From Octopus sinensis (taxonomy: Eukaryota), in contig NC_043013.1 in NCBI RefSeq assembly GCF_006345805.1, positions 40,920,001 through 40,984,000 of the forward strand: a stretch of DNA of 64,000 bases, written 5' to 3'. The position numbers and the translations under genes are program-made. The notes under the pieces are model-generated. The model searched no databases and was not told the origin of the DNA. It saw nothing but the letters and a program-made list of their open reading frames with translations. Shown here in pieces: positions 63,570 through 64,000 of the stretch; the first letter of the stretch is position 1, and the number at the start of each line of letters is the position of its first letter.

Positions 63570-64000
63570 TATATATATATATATAATTTTCTGACTATGT
63601 TGTGAGTTCAAATACTGCCAGAATCAACTTAGCTTTCCATCTTTCTAGGGTTAAGAAAATAAAGAACAAATTAAGTACAAGGGTAAGTGGTATCAATTTA
63701 ATCTCTTTCTGGTCCTGTGCCTAAATTATAACTACTACTATTACTATTAATAAGATGATGAGCTGGCAGAAGTGTTAGTACATCACACAAAATTCTTAGT
63801 GGTATTTCATCTGTCTATGTTCTGAGTTTAAATTCTGCTTAGGTCGACATTGCCTTTCATCTTTTTGGGGTCAATCAAATAAGTACCTGTTGAACATTGG
63901 GGCTGATGTAATCAACTACCCCACCTTCCCACAAATTTCAGACCTTGTGCCTTTAGCAAAAAAGATGATTATTTTTATTATCATCATTATTATAAAAGTG

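Overview
This is a 64-kb eukaryotic genomic window. The SINE families, the (TA)n/(CA)n/(AAT)n density and the AT content suggest an octopod cephalopod; that is an inference, not a database result. One gene spans almost the whole window on the minus strand: an unconventional myosin heavy chain. I assembled 16 GT-AG exons by hand, from ATG 60703 to the window edge at 1: 1912 coding nt, 637 codons, all intron phases compatible. They cover nearly the entire motor domain (P-loop GESGSGKTE, switch [11 protein letters not shown], switch II DIFGFE, TEDS-site Glu, relay, actin-binding region, SH2/SH1 helices). The sequence best fits class XXII (MyTH4-FERM) myosins; the lever and tail lie outside the window. 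The introns are almost entirely repeats: several tRNA-derived SINE families, a full-length dead DD34D mariner, a dead DD36E (Incomer-like) Tc1 element, pogo and R4/Dong-like fossils, MITEs, a Helentron-type HINE and microsatellites. The most interesting signal is a set of at least eight type I hammerhead-ribozyme motifs (four near-complete, four decayed). Most sit in short fold-back elements, several abutting (TA)n tracts, and resemble Penelope-like terminal repeats. There are no prokaryotic features, CRISPR arrays, or genuine rRNA/tRNA genes.
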